A DNA stretch of 64,000 nucleotides from an uncultured candidate division Zixibacteria bacterium (GTDB taxonomy: Bacteria; Zixibacteria; MSB-5A5; UBA10806), in the NCBI GenBank assembly GCA_963817915.1, contig CAWFQL010000016.1, positions 390,094-454,093 of the forward strand, written 5' to 3'. This document shows, piece by piece, positions 61,187 through 64,000 of the stretch. The position numbers were made by a program, and so were the translations under genes. How positions within the stretch are numbered: position 1 is the first letter of the stretch; the number at the start of each line of letters is the position of its first letter. The notes under the pieces were generated by a model. The model was not told the DNA's origin, searched no databases, and saw nothing but the letters and a program-made list of their open reading frames with translations.

Positions 61187-61839
61187 TGGAGGGTATGAAG
61201 ATGCTAAAGACAAAATATTCGCTGCTAATATGCGCGATGCTGGGGCTATCGTTTACAGCTACGAATGCGATGCAGGTTATTGATGAAAACGCTCTGTGGT
61301 CTAGTCATTCCTATGAGCAAGAACGTCCTGCTCCTGAGGCGGTCCAGAGCGAGCTGATTCCTGAAATTATTCATAATCCGCAGCCGCAAATACCATCGAC
61401 TAAGGATTTCTATATTACCGCCAGCATCTTGAATTTGGGACTAGGTACACCGATAATTCATTACCGTTTCGGCGACAGCAAGATTTATTTCACGAGAGTC
61501 TTTAGACAAACAGATCCGGAAAATTACGGCTTCAAAATTCTCTCGGCAGCGTTGAATGACGACAAGCTTTCGTATTATATAGAGGTCACAACCGGCACAA
61601 AAACACTCGCAACCTATGGAACATCGGGAAATCCGGTGGTAGTTCAAATCATCTCCCCGCAGCCATTCAATAAGTACCTCATAATGACAGTGGGATTAAT
61701 AGCGGCATTTCTAGGCGGGCGATTTGTCATGGCAAAAGTCAAAGCCCAAAAAGCCTTGGCGCTCGCCCAAGCCCAGGCGGCCCCGGTGAAGAAAAGCCAA
61801 TTCGGGTCAACATTGGCCAAGCTCTCCAAGGTTCGGTAA
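61186..61839 (+). CDS. Hypothetical protein with signal peptide and C-terminal TM anchor
   Basis: Coupled to the PilX-like gene, with an Ig-like YYIE-containing middle region. Confidence 0.65.
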   Translation: MEGMKMLKTKYSLLICAMLGLSFTATNAMQVIDENALWSSHSYEQERPAPEAVQSELIPEIIHNPQPQIPSTKDFYITASILNLGLGTPIIHYRFGDSKIYFTRVFRQTDPENYGFKILSAALNDDKLSYYIEVTTGTKTLATYGTSGNPVVVQIISPQPFNKYLIMTVGLIAAFLGGRFVMAKVKAQKALALAQAQAAPVKKSQFGSTLAKLSKVR

Positions 61840-61862
61840 CAATTTTAACAATGATAATTCCA

Positions 61863-61891
61863 AGGCCCCGATTTCCGATCGGGGCTTTTTT
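61863..61891 (+). terminator. Intrinsic terminator of the pilin operon
   Basis: GGCCCCGAT...ATCGGGGCT followed by a T-tract. Confidence 0.75.
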
Positions 61892-61970
61892 ATCTTAGTA
61901 AATATCTATATTTTAACTTGGCAAATAATTATCTTCTTTGGTATATTTGTATGCAAAGGAGAAGGATTAT

Positions 61971-62156
61971 GTGGTTGGATACTTTCTGATCGCATTGGGA
62001 CTGCTTTTCGTACTGGATAATTTTCATATCTTGCGCGGCGATGTTTGGGAATACGCCTGGCCATTGATATTGATTCTGCTTGGCGCATCCATGGTCATAA
62101 ACCGTTCGAGAAGACATACTCGAGAATCGAAATCCAAAAACGATTCGGAAAAATGA
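61971..62156 (+). CDS. Small membrane protein, LiaF/DUF5668-like
   Basis: G..LI.LG.LF.LDN....W..WPLILI.LG. AAGGAG RBS, with a GTG start or a frameshifted ATG at 61969. Confidence 0.75.
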   Translation: MVGYFLIALGLLFVLDNFHILRGDVWEYAWPLILILLGASMVINRSRRHTRESKSKNDSEK

Positions 62157-62201
62157 CATTGATGCGCATTGTCGCCTGTCCGAATATTGTGAGCCGCGCC
62201 G

Positions 62202-62336
62202 GCGGGGTTCCGCTGACCCAAAGGGTCATGAAACCCGACAGGCGCGTAACCAAAATGAATAGATTCACGAAAATTCAAAATTCAGACTACTTCGGGTTTC
62301 ATCCCCCGAACCTTGTTCGGGGGAGCGGAACCCCGC
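62202..62336. repeat. Inverted pair of composite palindromes with different inner hairpins
   Basis: GCGGGGTTCCGCT-[GACCCAAAGGGTC]-ATGAAACCCGA and TCGGGTTTCAT-[CCCCCGAAC..GTTCGGGGG]-AGCGGAACCCCGC. Confidence 0.8.
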
Positions 62337-62403
62337 AAGTGGATATTCGCGGAATGGGTTTTGCAACCCGGAATTATCAATGCCCCATTAATGAGGAGGT
62401 TTT

Positions 62404-62466
62404 ATGAAGGATCGTAACACTCCGCCAAGAGAGAAGAAGAAACCGAAAAAGGAAAAAAAGAAATAA
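62404..62466 (+). CDS. 20-aa Lys-rich micropeptide MKDRNTPPREKKKPKKEKKK
   Basis: GAGGAGG RBS upstream of the ATG and a terminator immediately downstream. Confidence 0.55.
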   Translation: MKDRNTPPREKKKPKKEKKK

Positions 62467-62475
62467 TCGTGATAT

Positions 62476-62505
62476 GCCGCCGCCATAAAAGCGGCGGTTG
62501 TTTTT
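62476..62505 (+). terminator. Intrinsic terminator
   Basis: GCCGCCGC-CATAAAA-GCGGCGGT-TGTTTTT. Confidence 0.7.
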
Positions 62506-62546
62506 GGGAGACTAATGATAATTTGTTTTGAAACCATTAATATAAT

Positions 62547-63074
62547 ATGCTAATCCGACCAGCCTCCATAGATGATGCCTTCGATATTGCCCGGGTTCAT
62601 GTTGATACCTGGCGAACAACCTATAATGGCATCATGCCGGACCATGTATTATTGGGACTTAACTACGAAAAAAACGCGCAACGATGGCAAGGCGATTTAT
62701 CTGATCTGGGCGATAAAAAATGTGCCTTTGTGTCCGAGGATGATAATGGCCGTATTGTCGGATTTTCGTATGGCGGTATAATTAGGGGCGATATTGTCGG
62801 ATTCGATTGCGAATTGTATGCGATTTATATTACCAGGGGTTTTCAGCGTAAGGGGATCGGGAAAAAGCTCTTTATGGCCACTGTCAATTGGATGATGGAA
62901 CGGGGCTATAGTAAAATGCTTGTTTGGGTTGTGAAGGGTAATAAGGCCAACGAATGGTATGAAGGGCTCGGCGGTGTTTTTCATTCGACGAAAACGACGA
63001 AAATCGGAGATTCCCCAATCGAGGGTATCAGCTATGGATGGTCAGACCTGAATATCTTCAAGGATTCACAATAA
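62547..63074 (+). CDS. GNAT family N-acetyltransferase
   Basis: IARVHVDTWRTTY.G, ELYAIY....QRKGIG and N.A..WYE.LGG. Confidence 0.9.
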   Translation: MLIRPASIDDAFDIARVHVDTWRTTYNGIMPDHVLLGLNYEKNAQRWQGDLSDLGDKKCAFVSEDDNGRIVGFSYGGIIRGDIVGFDCELYAIYITRGFQRKGIGKKLFMATVNWMMERGYSKMLVWVVKGNKANEWYEGLGGVFHSTKTTKIGDSPIEGISYGWSDLNIFKDSQ

Positions 63075-63138
63075 TAGTAAGTTTTGATCATTATTTTGAT
63101 TGATATATAATAAAAAATACCCTACTAAGATTTGCTAT

Positions 63139-64000
63139 ATGACAACGATTAAGGGCCCAAGCAAAAAAGCCCCGAGCGGCAGGCAGGTTTTCGATGAACT
63201 TAAGGGTCTGATTACCGAAAGTATTAATCCGCGCACACGCAATATCGATCGCCTTTCGACACGAGCAATATTGAAAGCCATAAATCGAGAAGATGCCACT
63301 GTAGCGACTGTAGTGGCAAAGGAAATCCCCTATATTGCCATGGCCGTAGAAATGGCGATAAAGACATTCAAAAATAAGGGCAGGCTTTTCTATGTTGGCG
63401 CCGGCACATCCGGAAGATTAGGCGTGCTCGATGCCGCTGAATGTCCGCCGACATTCGGCACCGACCCTAAGATGATCAAAGGTATTATAGCAGGAGGTTA
63501 TGATTCTCTTATCAGATCCAAAGAGGGGGTAGAGGATAATATCGAAGCGGCTATTGCTGATATCAAAAAGAATAGAATCAAATCGAATGATATGGTCATC
63601 GGCATAACCGCATCGAAAAGAACACCGTATGTGTTGGCCGCTCTGCGTGAGGCCAAAAAACAAAAGGCATCAACAGTATTTATTTGTTGCCAATCCCCGA
63701 AAGACAGTCCCGAAAGGGTTCGACCTCTCGATTTGCCCCGTGGTCGGTCCGGAAGCGCTTGCGGGCTCATCGAGGATGAAGGCTGGGACCGCTCAAAAAA
63801 TGATACTGAATATGATCACCACCACAACCATGATTCGAATGGGTCGGGCGTATGGCAACCGCATGGTGAATTTGATGGCAACCTCGGAAAAACTGAAGGA
63901 ACGGATCCAAGCGTGTTCTGATTGATATAACGGGCTGTGACTATGAGACATCGGAGAAAATACTAAAATCGGCCGATGGCTCGGTTAAGATAGCCATAGT
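63139..64000 (+). CDS. murQ: N-acetylmuramic acid 6-phosphate etherase; frameshifts ~63690 and ~63905, runs off window
   Basis: [25 protein letters not shown], and [23 protein letters not shown] in the next frame. Confidence 0.95.

Noticed and set aside
24780..63910. Programmed ribosomal frameshifting in mnmG, rlmI, cobB or murQ
   Set aside because: I saw no consistent slippery motifs, and the indels are too numerous and partly compensating.

Overview
Chromosomal window from a bacterium that uses T9SS/Por-type C-terminal sorting domains (YPNPFN...LLK), suggestive of FCB-group or Zixibacteria-like organisms (inference only). It is probably close to the replication origin: mnmG-rsmG-parA-parB-M23-bactofilin, two parS palindromes and several DnaA boxes. 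It also holds tRNA-Gln/prs/rplY, murQ, cobB, rlmI, corA, a minor-pilin (PilW/PilV/PilX-like) operon and five T9SS-sorted proteins. The most striking layer is non-coding. An intact REP-associated tyrosine transposase (RAYT) gene is flanked by GTAG-REPs, and the intergenic regions carry dense arrays of many different palindrome families. A 207-bp tandem array places REP doublets between two extra, almost purely synonymously diverged copies of the rsmG 3' end. Accessory genes (an EVE + PD-(D/E)XK nuclease, a BRO-N protein) are each bracketed by 40-44 bp direct repeats. An AT-rich four-gene island with HEPN-like proteins lies upstream of mnmG. Two unannotated Lys-rich micropeptide ORFs and a candidate sRNA were also found. 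Many conserved genes carry single-base frameshifts, most likely assembly errors, so single-nucleotide claims need read-level confirmation.
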